A DNA stretch of 64,000 bases, from NCBI RefSeq assembly GCF_006345805.1, contig NC_043004.1:105028001-105092000 (forward strand), given 5' to 3'. The notes under the pieces were generated by a model that did not search any database, was not told where the DNA came from, and saw only the letters and a program-made list of their open reading frames with translations. Below, piece after piece: positions 52,101 to 64,000 of the stretch (position 1 is the stretch's first letter; each line of letters opens with the position of its first letter). The translations under genes and the position numbers were made by a program. Source of the DNA: Octopus sinensis (Eukaryota).

Positions 52101-54415
52101 GAATTTAAAAAAAGTTTTGGAAAATTACTGACACAGATTTATAAGCAAGTTTATGAAGATCTGTTAACTTAAAAAGCTTAATAGAAAATGTCTTTAAAAT
52201 CTGTTTTTTTTTCCTATAACATAACTGTAAGACGAGACCTCTCCATCTATACACACAGATGTATACTTATACACACACACACACACTTTACATACATATA
52301 CACGTACACACACAAAAACAAAAAAAAAACTTACATAATATATATATATTGTAAATAAATTTTCTGTTGGTTTTAGTTAACTAAACTACCTATTTGATGA
52401 ATAAAGTGCAAGTGGTTAAGTATCTTTCTTTTTTTGTTTTATTTGCTGGGTCTGGAAGAAGAGGTAGTGTCCATGGCATGTGCACCCTTTACAGCTCCTC
52501 AAAGACTATTGAAACTGATGCTGTTAAAGTACTCCTTGAACCATTGCAAGTGACCACCAGTGAGAAAGACATGTCTGAAATGTTGAATTTCCACCAGCCA
52601 ATGGCAATATCACTGTACTCTTGGTCACTTTTTTTTGTGAAATTATACATATATATGTGTTTGCATACATGTGTGTGAGTGATTTTTTTTTTTACATATA
52701 TTACACAAAGAGGTCTGCTGGAGGGAAATTTATAAAAATAATTTTTAAAAAATGAAATTTTTTTCACATCAAAAACGATGATTAATGGTTGTCCCTTAGG
52801 TTTTCACAATGAGTATTTCAGTTCTTCAATCAATAAATCTACCAATTCCTTGTATCATAGAGTATGTGGGTAAATATAAATATTCCACAGAGTATTGCAT
52901 CATTAATCTCATACTCTGCATGACAGTGTATATGGTAAGATCGACCCTGTTGTATTACAGGTACAGTCCAGCCCACAGGCTTCCACATAGCCGTTCTGTC
53001 AACACAGTTTTTTTCACAAGGTTTGGGCCAACCCAAGGCTAGGCTATAGAAGACACTAACCTAAGGTGACACACACTAGATTCAAATCTGAAAACCTGTA
53101 TTTACAAAATGAAATCCATAACCATTTAACCATAAATGCAACTTAATGACTATTAATACACTCAACCACAATTCATAAGAAATAAGCTTCTTGATTATAA
53201 ATGATCATAATATTAAGAATTCTGAGGCAAAGGTTGTTTTTGCTTTGATTTGTTTTTTTAATGTTTTTTTTTTTTCAAGTGTGTTAGAATATTTACAATT
53301 TGATTACTAGCCAGCAAAAAAAAAAATGTATTGTTGTAACTACTTGAGACATTTGTTGAAAAAACTTTTCAAAATGTATTTTCAAATTCTATAGAATTCA
53401 AAAAATCTCAAGTACACTTGAGATGAATAAAAGTTTTCAAAATGTTTTGTTTTTGCTTAAGAATTTGTCTTCTTCCCTTACTTTACTGTTTCACATCTAT
53501 TTCTTCTTTTCTTTTTGTTTTGGTGATGGTGGGGTTCATATTTGCACAGGTATGGTGGTTTTTCTGAAGGGGAACATTTTTTTTTTACAGCAAGATGCTT
53601 GCACTTCTTAACTACCAACTACTCAACCAGAAAGAAAGAATTGAAAGTTTTTTTTTCTTTGTTCAGTCGAGCAGTTAAGTATATTTATATATCTTGCTCT
53701 GCAACACAACATAATAGCTTTAATAGGATTTGAACTTATGACTACGTGGTTAGGTAGATCATCACCTTTATCTCACAACCATTGTACCTTATGTTTCATG
53801 GAAACTTTTTTTATTTTGATATTGTATGAACGAATCTCATAAATTTAATGGCTTAGGAAAAAGGTAGTACCCACAAATTAGGCTGGTCCTCTGGTTCAGT
53901 TTGAACATCTATAAGTCAATGTTACCATCATCATTTTAACATCCAGTGATGACAACATCAATGTACAGATGTTGATGTCTGCAGGAAAACTGCTGGAGGG
54001 AATTACAGAGGTTTGATGTCCTTGGGTTTGAGGATAGGGCAAAATGTGGCTAGTGTGGTGATCTGAGGGAGTGAGACACAGTAGATGGTGGTGATGAAAA
54101 GAAAAGAGACAAAAGTCAGATGGAGATTGGCTGAGGTATGCAACTAGCTAGTTCAGAAGATAATGGGATTAAGTGGAGATAATATATTGAGCCACACTTG
54201 AAGACTGTCTTCAGGTAAGTAGGAAATATCAGTTTGAAAGTGCTTATGTTATATTCATGATAATATCTGACCTAAACATGACATACTCATGAAATACTTG
54301 TCAGTTATACATCACAGTTGCTACTTCTGGCATTGGGCTGTTCCTGTTCATTGGATCTATTACTGGCAAATAAATTGACCAAAAGAAGTGCAAGCATATG
54401 CAAGTACCTCTACAT

Positions 54416-54791
54416 CAGGGATTCTCAACCATTTTTTTACTTATGGACCCCTTTAATCACTATTTTATTCTAGTGGACACCCGTACTTATTCGATGTTGG
54501 AAAACTAGTATTATAGAAACTTCTTTCAGCATTCCTATTTTTGTTTTAAACACATTAACTTGTGTTGGTTGAATTATGTAAACTGTTAGAGAAAAAAAAC
54601 CCAGATGTTTCTTGTAATACTTACTGATAAATACATTTAAAGAAAATTTTTTTCAGGGACCCTTAAAATACGATTGTGGATCCCCAATTGACCTATTTTG
54701 TAGTGTGGACCCCAGCCCATAAATGTTATCTGGATTCTCAGGGGCTGTGTTGCTCCTGAGGGTCCATATGGACCCTGGTTGAGAACCACCG
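54416..54791. mobile_element. hAT-type non-autonomous element (MITE)
   Basis: TIRs cagggattctcaacc / ggttgagaaccaccg; 8-bp flanks ctctacat / ctctgcac. Confidence 0.7.
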
Positions 54792-57789
54792 CTCTGCACA
54801 GTTGCTTGATCTGCTTCAAATAGCAGCCAAATCCTTCTTTGATAACAGTCTATTGTCATGAAAAAAGTGAAGGGAACAAATGAATGTCCCTTGATATCCT
54901 TAAGAATGGGATGTCACAGAACATCTTTGATCATGTCTGCTCAGTCAGGCTTGACTTGACACTAATCAATAACAGCCATGAGCAAAGTTGTGCAGCTAAA
55001 AGAGAGAGTGGATGGTTAAGTGGATAATCAATCAAAAGGTTGGAGTTTGTATCCCATCAAAGACACAGTGCTGTCTCTATGACCTAATACACTTAAAAAT
55101 CTCCAACTACACAGTGCAGCTATTTGTAAATAAGTCGTACCTCATAGGGACAACTCACACCACTAAGTAGCACAGTAAAAATGACAAGTCACCCATTAAC
55201 TTGCACTGCTGGATTCAACTTCTCATGTCGGCATAGAAAATACAACGTGGACACACCACTAGTGTATTTCTGCAATAGAATCACAACTTGAAGACCAATT
55301 CCTCAATGGTTCTCCAAAATCCAACAGGAGCATACAACTTCTTGATGCTAATTTGCTGCCAAAGACTGAATCTTTGGATTTGTGCCACATTCTTGGCTAA
55401 AAAAAAACAAAAACTGTTTATCCACTCAAAGCCACTTTATTTGAAGTTAGGATTCAAGGGTAAAAGCAATGTTTCCTACCTGCTAGAATATGCAGTGGAC
55501 ATTGCAAGAGGTACTAACCATCTCATCCACATGTAATCTTGTTTAATAAACACCAAAATACAAACAATACAAGTTTCAAGACAACAGACTCCTCACAATA
55601 CTCATTTCATCTGATGATCACTGTGCAGCTGAAAACCATAACAACTCCAACAAATAATGCTTTGCAAGAGATGTATCTCAGTTTTCATATAACAAAGACT
55701 GTTTTCAAAAGCCAGGGATCTATCTTGGGATTATAAATTAACTTCAGTACTGAACAATGGTTAGAACTGTACACAGCACACCCATCACCTATATATATAT
55801 ATATATATATATATATAGGCTCTTTATTAAACTACTGTCCATCTCAAAACACACACACTTTTTCTTAGTTGCACCCATGTAAAAACAAGGTAAAAAAGGC
55901 CACATCCATCATTTTCCTGTCACACGTTTTTTCCCCTTTAATTGCAGGGTAAGGCTGGGTAGCCGCAGCATTTTTAGAACCCCTTAAACTACAATTTAGA
56001 GACAGTTGGGGAAGTTAACTTTATTGAGTCGATGCCTAGATCTTATTTTCTCCCTAGAACTTCCCATTTCTGTTTCTTCCCCACCTCTCCTTGTTTTTCT
56101 CAATCACATCAAATTCCATTTATTTATTGTTTCCATTTATCTACACACTACTTTTCGTTGTATTTGTATAGAGTGACATGATAGAATTGAAATTTTGGGT
56201 AGATGATGTTAGCATTGTGTCACTGTTGTAAGAGACTGACTGCCTGGCAGTTGAAAAGAGACAGTTTATCTCTTCACATTTCTCTCTGCATCATTTGATA
56301 AGAGAGAAATGAGATGAAAATGTGGCTAGGCTCATTTTCACCTCATGGCTTATTAAAGGTGATAAAATTTTTTAAATTTCCAATATTTTTGGTGATATTT
56401 TCACAACACTTTTATGTGATGCAAAATGGGAATTGACATGAGGAAGCAGGGGGAGGTAGGAAGAAAGATTTTTATTTGTGTAATAACAGATAAATTGGGA
56501 AATATTTATCTGAGAATTTTTAGATCCCTTGTTTCCTAACAGAAAAAAAAGACATTTAAACTGTTAACTAACCTTTTCTAATCTATTCTATTTTTATTTT
56601 TCATTGATTTAGTCTCCATTCATTACAAGACAGTACCACACACACACACACACACATATATGTAAAGCTAAGATCCAAGGGCCAAAGTGCAGGAAGTTGG
56701 TAAACTTGGAGCAGTCCGTAGAAGGTATAAAAAAACAACTTCTAGGAACAATAGTGGTTTATTGATGTAGAAGGTTGTAAATTTTTCCATATTGAAGTTT
56801 GATAAGCTGAAAACTTTGTTTGATTAAGGTATCTTTGGCCCAATGAGTAGCTAGTGGATTACCGTTCGTTTGGGTAATTACTACTTCTGAGGCTCTGCCA
56901 GCTATGAAACATATGTAGCCTGGTTTTTATCTACTCCTTTCCAAATTTTGTACACACACACACACACACACATACAAACACACACACACGCACATGCACA
57001 CACACACACACACACGCACATGCACACACACATATATGATGATGATATATCATGATATATCTAAGCTGGGACTAAATCCCCAATTTTTTTTTTACATAAG
57101 GTTCAATATTTTGACCTAGTAAAACATGAATTAGTACATAATTTTTTGTTTTACTCCAAATTGAAATTTGGATCACAAAGATAATAAAAGTATATGTCAA
57201 CGAATGCTCAGACTTGATCAATTTTAAGGATAAGAGAAAAGTTCTGGTTGTACCAAAAAGTTTTTAGCAGTGGAAGCATAACAGTATCAATTAGTAATAA
57301 ATCCTGGTACACAGACTCAGTTTCCCAACAGTTGAAGAAATTCTTTCTTTTACTAATAACCATATTAATCCCAGATTATCTATCTCACCCATTAGTCTAA
57401 CAGTAAAATTAATAATAAAAACAATAAAGATTAAGCATTAAAGAATAAGCGCTAAACCATAAATTTTGAAGGTGGGAATAAATCAATCCAGCATTTGACT
57501 GGTGTGTTATTTTGTTGACTTCTGAAGAATGAAGGATAAAATTGGTCTTGGTGGGATTACATATATTCCTTTTATCTTTAGATTTTGCTTAGCCCATATA
57601 TGTATGACTATATATATATATATGAATATATATATGGTATATGTTTAATACATTTATATTACATATATTCTTTGAGGGAATCATCCCCTATGATACTAAA
57701 TCATAGCTTACCGGAAAACAAGCAAAGGACATACATTGAGTATGTGTGGTTGATTTCTAATTCATATTTTGATTTATTTTGATTCTACA

Positions 57790-57837
<48 letters not shown>

Positions 57838-57838
<1 letters not shown>

Positions 57839-58155
57839 TGTGATAAGGAAGAAAGAAAAGTTGTGAGATATGACAAGTTAGCTTGGGGAGTTAAGCAGTT
57901 GTGGTCGATGAAAAAGGTAGCAGTAGTATCAATAATTGCCGCAGCCCTGGGAACAGTGAGCAAAAATCTCAAGAAGTACATAGAATAGGCGCTGCACTAA
58001 GGGTGAAGCACTTGCAGAAAACAGTACAGCTTGGAACAGCTCGAATACTCCGGAAGGTGCTCAAAAAATAAGAGATGTTACCTTAGTTCACTGGTAGTGA
58101 GCAGCTGACACTGTAGTACATCTCCAGCGTTAGAAGCTGTGCAAAGGCAATATTA
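57838..58155 (+). mobile_element. R4/Dong-like non-LTR 3' fragment (RLE domain end) in (TAA)n
   Basis: KEERKVVRYDKLAWGVKQLWSMKKVAVVSII..ALG...LQKTVQLGTARILRKVL*; (TAA)n on both sides. Confidence 0.75.
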
Positions 58156-58160
58156 TTATA

Positions 58161-58206
<46 letters not shown>

Positions 58207-59711
58207 TCTTTCTACTATAAGCACAAGACCTGAAATTTGGTGGGGTTGGGGTAGACTGATTACCTTGACACCAGAGCTCAAACGGGTACTTATTTTATTG
58301 ACTCCAAATGGATGAAAAGTCAAGTCAACCATGGCAGAATTTGAACTCAGAACAGAAAGATGTACAAAATGTTGCAAAGTGTTTTGTCTGATGTTGTAAC
58401 GATTCTGCCAGCTTGCTGCTTTAATGATAATAACAACAACAATAATCATCATCATCGTTTAATGTCTGCTTTCCATGCTAGCATGGGTTGGACAATTTGA
58501 CTGAGGACTGGTGAACCAGATGGTTGCACCAGTCTCCAATCTGATCTGGCAGAGTTTCTACAGCCTTTCCTAATACCAACCACTCCGAGAGTGTAGTGGG
58601 TGCTTTTTGTGCCACCGGCACAAGGGCCAGCCAGCAGTTCTGAGGTAGAGAGAGTAAGTTAATTATATTGACCCCAGTGCTCAACTGGTACTTATTTTAT
58701 CAACTCCAAAAAGATGAAAAGCAAAGTCAGCCTCTGCAGAATTTGAACTCTGAATGTAAAGACAAATGAAATACTGCTGTTAAGCATTTTGACCAGCATG
58801 CTAATGATTCTGCCAGCTTGCTGCCTTGATAATAATGATACTAACAATGATGATAATGATGAGGATTTCTAATTTAGGTGCAAGGCCAGTCATTTTGAAT
58901 GTTAGAGATTAGTCAATACCATCATCCTCAGTAGTTGATTGGGTACCTTATTATGTATAATCACCCGAGTGTGATGAAAGAAAAGGGTGACCTTGGTGGG
59001 ATTTGAAGACAGAACACAAAGATCCAAAAGAAATGCCACTAAACATTTTTTTCCAATGCTGAAACAATTCTGTCAGCTTGCTGCCCTTTCTTTATAATTT
59101 CAGTGCAAAACCAGCAATTTTAAGGGGGTACATGATGGGTAATTTCTTTTATTGATATTGGAAGGATGATAAGGTAAGTTGATCTTGGTGAGAATTTGAA
59201 CTCAGAACCTAATAAGCCTTTTCTTTGAAATTTCAACAATTCTACTAATCTACCACTCCAATAATAATAATCGTTTCTACTCTAGACACAAGGCCCGAAA
59301 TTTTGGAGGAGGGGGCAAGTCGATTAGATCAATTCCAGTGCAACTGGTACTTAATTTATTGACCCCGAAAGGATGAAAGGCAAAGTCGACCTTGGTGGAA
59401 TCTGAACTCAGAACGTAACGACAAATGAAAGACCGCTAAGCATTTCGCTCGGTGTGCTAATGTTTCTGCCAGCTCACCGCCTTAACTTGAATAATAATAA
59501 TAATCCTTTCTACTATAGGCAAAAGGCCTGGAATTAGAGGCAGGGTGGATGGGGTCAATCACATCGACTCCCAGTATTTGACTGATACTTAATTTATCAA
59601 CCTGAAAGGATGAAAGGCAAAGTCAACCCTGGTGGAATTTGAACTCTGAACATAAAGACAGACGCAAGGCTGCTAAGCATTTTGCCCAGTGTGCTAAGGA
59701 TTCTGCCAGCT

Positions 59712-60175
59712 TTGATATGACTGTCCCAAGCGATATAAACATATCTGTCAAGACCTACCAAAAACTGAGCAAATATAAAGATCTTGAAACAGAAATCAAC
59801 AAAATGTGGAACCTGAAGACTAAAACAATACCTGTTGTCATAGGTGCCCAGGGAATGATAGCAAAAGGAGCTGATTGCTACCTAGCTCAGATACCAGGAA
59901 ACCCCAAAATGGCAGAAATTTAAAAAATAGTGCTCATGGGAACTGCTTATATCCTACGCAAAATACTTTCTATGTAATCTCAAGTTTTAAAACAAACGTA
60001 ATTTTCTTATAGTTTCTTAAACATTCTCTAGAATAACACTATGTACAAAACCAAATATATGGCACCCTAGGCATAACACCAACATGAACTTCCAACTTGT
60101 CTCTTGAGGTCTCTGAGTGAGATTTGGAGTCAACTTGTACAAATGTAAAGCAAAAGTCAAACATAAAATAATAAT
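59712..60175 (+). mobile_element. R4/Dong-like non-LTR 3' fragment
   Basis: DMTVPSDINISVKTYQKLSKYKDLETEINKMW..KTIPVVIGAQG...LMGTAYILRKIL*; ends in (TAA)n. Confidence 0.8.
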
Positions 60176-60380
60176 AATAAACCTTTCTGCTATAGGCAAA
60201 ACAGCGCCTATAAAGATCTTGAAACAGAAATCTGGAATTTTGAGGAAAAGTGCTAATCGATTACATTGACTCCAGTGTGCGACTGCTACTTATTCTATCA
60301 ATTGCAACAGGATAGAAAGCAAAGCTGACCTCAGCAGAATTTGAACTCAGAATGTAAAGACGGATGAAATGCCTCTAAGT

Positions 60381-60688
60381 CAGTGATTCCCAATGTCGAG
60401 CATGTGCCCCACTGGTGTGGCTTGGAAAAACTGTGGTGGGCTGTGGGACTCAAATTTTTTTCTTTTTTAGTGGGACATGGAATTGCCAAAATTTTTTCTG
60501 AGTGAATAATATACTTTTTTTGTACTCAGTACTTAATAAAAGAGTTACTGGTAGACTCTTTTTTTTTCTGAAATAATTGATAAAATATTAAAAATAGAAA
60601 TACTTTTTTTTTCCAACCACTGGTGGGGCATATATTTTTCTGGAAAGTTATAGTGGGGGCCTGGGAGGAAATAGATTGGGAAACACTG
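60381..60688. mobile_element. hAT-type MITE nested in a family D SINE
   Basis: TIRs cagtgattcccaa / ttgggaaacactg; TSD ctctaagt / ctctaagg. The SINE sequence resumes across it. Confidence 0.8.
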
Positions 60689-60804
60689 CTCTAAGGCATT
60701 CTGCCTGTCATGCTAACAATTCTGCCAGCTTGCTGCCTTAATAATAACAACAACAATGATAATAACAATAATAATAATGATAAAAATAATAATAATAATA
60801 ATAA

Positions 60805-61130
60805 ATAACAAGCATACTAAATATGGAGACCTGAGAATTGAGATCGCTAAGATGTGGCAGCTATGAGAGTCAAACATAAAGGTTATCGCTGTTATCATCG
60901 GAGTATTGGGTTCAATACCAAGCAATCTGGAAAAACATCTGAAAACCTTAGAAATACCCTACAATTCAGATGTATTGCAAAAGTCAGCATTACTTGCAAC
61001 TGCACGCATATTGCGTAAAGTACTGTCTGTCTGAGGTCCTTGTTGTGACTTGACAAACAGTACAAACCCCTGGTAGACACAATGTCTTCAATCAAAAACC
61101 TCACGATATTGTATACTGTGCAATGTCTAT
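60805..61130 (+). mobile_element. R4/Dong-like non-LTR 3' fragment
   Basis: KHTKYGDLRIEIAKMWQL..IKVIAVIIGVLG...LQKSALLATARILRKVLSV*; flanked by TAA/TGA repeats. Confidence 0.75.
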
Positions 61131-61701
61131 AATGATGATGATGATGATGATAATGATAATAATCCTTTCTACTAAGAGGCACAAGGCCTGAAATTTTAGT
61201 CAATGACATTTCTCCCAATGCTCGACTGTTATTTATTTTATCAACCATGAAGGAATGAAAAGCAGCAGAGTCAACCTGTCCAGTATTTGAACTCAGTATG
61301 TAAAGCCTGAAGAAATACCACCAAGTATTTTGTCTGGCATGCTAATGATTCTGCCAGCTTGCTAACTTTATAATGACGATTATAATAAACTCAACAAGTC
61401 CACTATTTCCATGAAGCTGTAAGAACTCTTCTGTTAGTATAATCACCAGGGTTACAATGGGTGTCTTGAATATTGATATCTATGGTATGTGTGTGTGTGT
61501 GTGTGTTTGCATATCTGGATGAATTATAGGTGGGCATGCATAGATATAGAAAAGTACCAGTGAAAATATAGAAACTATTCCAGGTAATGCAGGAAACCAT
61601 GGTTACACATGGAATGTATGTATCTGGGAATGTGTGGCCATGCAAAGTTATAGGTAGATAATTGAAGGGAATGTGCAACATGTGTACAAACATACATACA
61701 T

Positions 61702-61745
<44 letters not shown>

Positions 61746-62682
61746 CATGCATACATACATCATCAGTTCATATATCTGAAAAAGAAGCATACTCTAAAGC
61801 ATTAGAGCAGTGATGTATTTTTTTAGGAAGTAAAAAGTTATGGTTGGTCATAGAGTAACCATTGGTTTCACACATATAAAGGGTTATGTATTTATTCCCC
61901 CAGTTCTAGAGCAGTTACACATCTTCAGCTATTTGAGTTTGATGAGTTGCCTATATTGCTAAGTGCTTAAAAGATGCGAAACCAATGGACAACGTATGAC
62001 CGGACATAACTTTTGACTCCTTAATATATATATATATATATATATGCAGAGAGAGTGTGAGAGAGAGAGACACGCCAATGTGTGTATATATCAGATCAGT
62101 ATTGGTGGGTATATATATGAATATCACTTTGTATACAATAGAAAAGCTATTTAGTAAGTATCAGATCCTTGAAAGTTTTAACACACCCTGAATACAAACG
62201 TCTAGAATCTGACAGAGATTATATAGATACATTGATGAAGCTTGTGATTACACACATACACACACAGAAGCATATGATTATTAATAGCATTGTCATCTTA
62301 CCTATGACTAGGTATTTAGATTCGTTTGTGCCACATTCATAGCAGCAGATACAAAAAAAATCTGTTAATGTTAATTTTTTTTCAGAACTTTCTTAATTGC
62401 AGTTGGTTTTGTCGAGTACAATACAGAATTTCATTTCTGTTAGAATAATATGAAGAAGAGGTAACATTTGAAACATGTCAGCATTCTTAACCAATCAAAG
62501 CATACAAATATCCATACATATGCCATATATATTAGTGACATGTAACATACATACAACATGCATACATTTATATACAAGAGACACTGCATACTCGTATGCG
62601 TGCATTCTGAAACCTTGGTAGAAAAAACATTAAAAAGACATTTGAAGTAAGATAGAAACATACAAGATGTCAGCCAGTTTTG

Positions 62683-62893
62683 CTAAGAATTTAAACAAGT
62701 CTCTTGTTCTGCATTATTTCGGTTTGATTCCTGCTTTGCTAATCGAGTCTGTAGAGCCAGTCCTCTACAGGGGTAACACTTGGGGAAAAGTGTAGTAGTT
62801 AAGAAGATAAGAACACATATCCAACTTGATATTAGTTTTACCCAGACTGCAGGCCAGTTGAGTCCAAATTTAACCAGATCTGTCTCATCGGGT
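62683..62893 (-). CDS. SERINC: SERINC (serine incorporator/TDE) family, terminal coding exon; gene continues beyond the window end
   Basis: Minus-strand acceptor ttttcaacag| at 62894. Reads PDETDLVKFGLNWPAVWVKLISSWICVLIFLTTTLFPKCYPCR, matching the SERINC last-TM motif WxxxWVKxxSSW. Paralog not assignable. Confidence 0.85.
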
Positions 62894-63159
62894 CTGTTGA
62901 AAACAATAGAAAGCAAAATATGTATAACAACAACAACAAAAAGTTTGTTGATAAAGAGAAGATGAAGAGAAGCTAAGATTTGAAACAAGTTAACTCTCCA
63001 TTAGAATTGACCAGTTAGTTGTAACACAAATGGTTAACCTAACTTCTGACAAGGAAAATGCAGGCATTTAAGCACCAGTGAAAACATTTAAAAAAAAAAA
63101 TATTATGAGCAAACAAGGATTTCTGCTACATGATTGCTAGAAATAACAGCTAATTTCTC

Positions 63160-63355
63160 ATTGATGGTGGTGGTGGTGAGGTTGATGGTGGTGATGGTGA
63201 GGTTGATGGTGGTGAAGATGATAGTGATGAGGATGGCAGTAGTGATGATGATGGTGGTGGTATTGATGGCAGTGGTAGTGGTGATGGTGTTGACAACAGT
63301 AGTAGTGGTAGTGATGATGATGATGATGATGATGACAATGATGGTGATGAATCAA
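63160..63355. repeat. (GAT/GGT)n degenerate trinucleotide tract
   Basis: Low-complexity repeat that produces the His-, Met/Val- and Ser/Pro-rich artefact ORFs. Confidence 0.9.
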
Positions 63356-64000
63356 CATGACTAAAAAAAATAAAAGAAGTAAATAAAGCAGACAATGGCC
63401 TTACCTGTGCCAGTTAGTCAACTGCATCATGATGTAAAGACTGGCAAAAGAGAAAACTAGGTGGAAAAACGAATAACTGTAGATGACACCTGTAGCTTCA
63501 TTGTAGATTACCTGTTGTCCTCCAAAGTCTGTGGGGTTAAAACCTAGAAAGAATGAATAAATAAATAAATAAAACAAATGAATGAATAACTGGAAGGATG
63601 AATGGAATGGATCTATAGACGTATAAGCCTCGTGAACGAATTTGTTGATTGGAAACTGAAAGCCTATCCAGTAAAGTGGTTGGCATTAGGAAGGGCATCA
63701 AACTGTAGAAACCATGCCAAAACAGACTTAGGAACTTGGTGTGTTCCCTGGCCCTGCTAGTTCCAGTCAAGCCATCCAACCCATGCCAGCATAGAAAATG
63801 GGCATTAAATGTTGATGATGAGATGATGGTGTGTCTGCGTATGCATGCATGCGTGTGTGTGTGTGTGTGTGTCTGTGTGTGCGTGCATGCATGCATGCGT
63901 GTGTGTGTGTGTGTGACTCCTTGAATTGACATCAGATGGTAGTTGTAAATGAGTATCACTGTCATACAAGCAGTGTCATTCATTTCCAGTGTTCTGCAAG

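Noticed and set aside
52394-52678. 94-aa ORF / locally GC-richer block
   Set aside because: No usable splice signals or recognisable homology on either strand; cannot be supported as an exon.
63134-63395. His-rich, Met/Val-rich and Ser/Pro-rich ORFs
   Set aside because: Artefacts of a GAT/GGT trinucleotide tract.

Overview
AT-rich, microsatellite- and repeat-dense eukaryotic DNA. The repeat families suggest a coleoid cephalopod (Octopus-like); this is an inference from recognition, not a database result. Three protein-coding genes are supported. (1) The last exon of a TMEM53-like gene (+, 5257-5941); I could not locate its upstream coding exon. (2) A complete 7-exon CFAP53/CCDC11-like gene (+, 22415-44345; 1572 nt CDS, 523 aa, all splice phases consistent). 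(3) The last exon of a SERINC-family gene (-, 62683-62893). The rest is mostly mobile DNA: CR1-type and RTE LINE fragments, R4/Dong-like 3' ends in (TAA)n, a Ty3/Gypsy relic, a Penelope-like (GIY-YIG) relic, several tRNA-derived SINE families and MITEs. The most notable signal is a family of fold-back insertions with 10-13 bp target-site duplications. These join a tRNA-like Pol III head to a tail carrying a minimal Penelope-type hammerhead ribozyme. Also notable are a second hammerhead-like motif, a perfect 98-bp inverted repeat whose loop is copied from 500 bp downstream, and a nested (TAA)n insertion stack.
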